From NCBI GenBank assembly GCA_045654605.1, contig JAZONU010000165.1, forward strand, positions 1 to 41,079: a stretch of DNA of 41,079 nucleotides, in the 5' to 3' direction. The notes beneath the pieces were generated by a model. The model saw only the letters and a program-made list of their open reading frames with translations. It was not told the DNA's origin and did no database searches. The first letter of the stretch is position 1. Every line of letters begins with the position of its first letter. Source of the stretch: Candidatus Caccoplasma sp. (GTDB lineage: Bacteria; Bacteroidota; Bacteroidia; Bacteroidales; G3-4614). Made by a program: the position numbers and the translations under genes. Of the stretch, positions 40,948 to 41,079 are shown piece by piece.

Positions 40948-40960
40948 TTATTCCTTTTTA

Positions 40961-41079
40961 TAGTACATTGTAAATTAGATAGTTGACAAATTATTTTTTA
41001 CAAAGGTAGAATATTTCTCGCATTTTTCAAAGTGATGTGATATTTATTGATAAAGCCACAATAACGGCTAATATTTATA
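40961..41079. repeat. Right copy of the perfect direct repeat of at least 119 bp (attR-like), truncated by the window end
   Basis: Identical to 629..747. Identity starts at 40961. Confidence 0.9.
41001..41031 (-). promoter_or_regulatory. Canonical Bacteroides-type promoter TTTG-N19-TACCTTTG facing the micro-ORF and int
   Basis: The reverse complement of caaaggta (41001..41008) gives TACCTTTG. The reverse complement of caaa (41028..41031) gives TTTG, 19 nt upstream. The same element occurs in the left copy at 669..699. Confidence 0.5.

Noticed and set aside
1-41079. The window could be a circular or concatemeric phage assembly that wraps around, because the end repeats 629..747.
   Set aside because: With a period of 40332 bp, bases 1..628 would have to equal 40333..40960. 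They do not: the first is an HNH gene and the second is the integrase 5' region.
1-41079. Stop-codon reassignment (TAG or TGA recoding), as seen in some Bacteroidota-infecting phages.
   Set aside because: All large genes, including the 1390-aa tape measure and the 952-aa and 868-aa tail proteins, are intact under the standard code. Gene ends coincide with terminators or with the next start codon.

Overview
Almost the whole window is one temperate, siphovirus-like prophage element of about 40.3 kb. It has a tape measure, a chaperone with a slippery run, and no sheath. The host is probably a member of the Bacteroidota: start codons lack Shine-Dalgarno sequences, TAnnTTTG -7 promoter boxes are present, the fibre genes carry BACON-like and BspA-type LRR domains, and the tyrosine integrase is of the Bacteroides type. 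A perfect direct repeat of at least 119 bp brackets the element (629..747 = 40961..41079; the right copy is cut by the window end). Left of it lies the 3' part of an HNH endonuclease gene.

Plus-strand order:
- PD-(D/E)XK-like gene, sigma-70/ECF-like gene, small and large terminase
- chaperone and tape measure
- lysis cassette (holin-like, membrane-anchored protein, M15 endolysin)
- putative capsid and tube, neck and tail genes
- a roughly 12-kb run of seven receptor-binding-type genes (LRR_5/BspA-like, DUF285-type, fibre), interrupted by a minus-strand HNH homing endonuclease
- portal and an XkdF-like protease/scaffold

The right 6.7 kb is a mostly minus-strand accessory and lysogeny region. 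It holds an acidic-protein two-gene operon, a repeat-bounded four-gene exported-protein cassette, a wHTH gene with an internal AT-rich tandem repeat, a coiled-coil gene and the integrase.

The most notable signals are:
- 11 intergenic TATGTTTA boxes, often just after terminators; this is a candidate regulon of the phage sigma-like protein
- the repeat-bounded cassette, which contains a gene-end fossil
- a G-rich mirror repeat
- a structured 387-bp non-coding gap
- an int promoter that lies inside the att-like repeat

No tRNA, rRNA or CRISPR array was seen. All functional calls come from motif reading by eye, with no database search.
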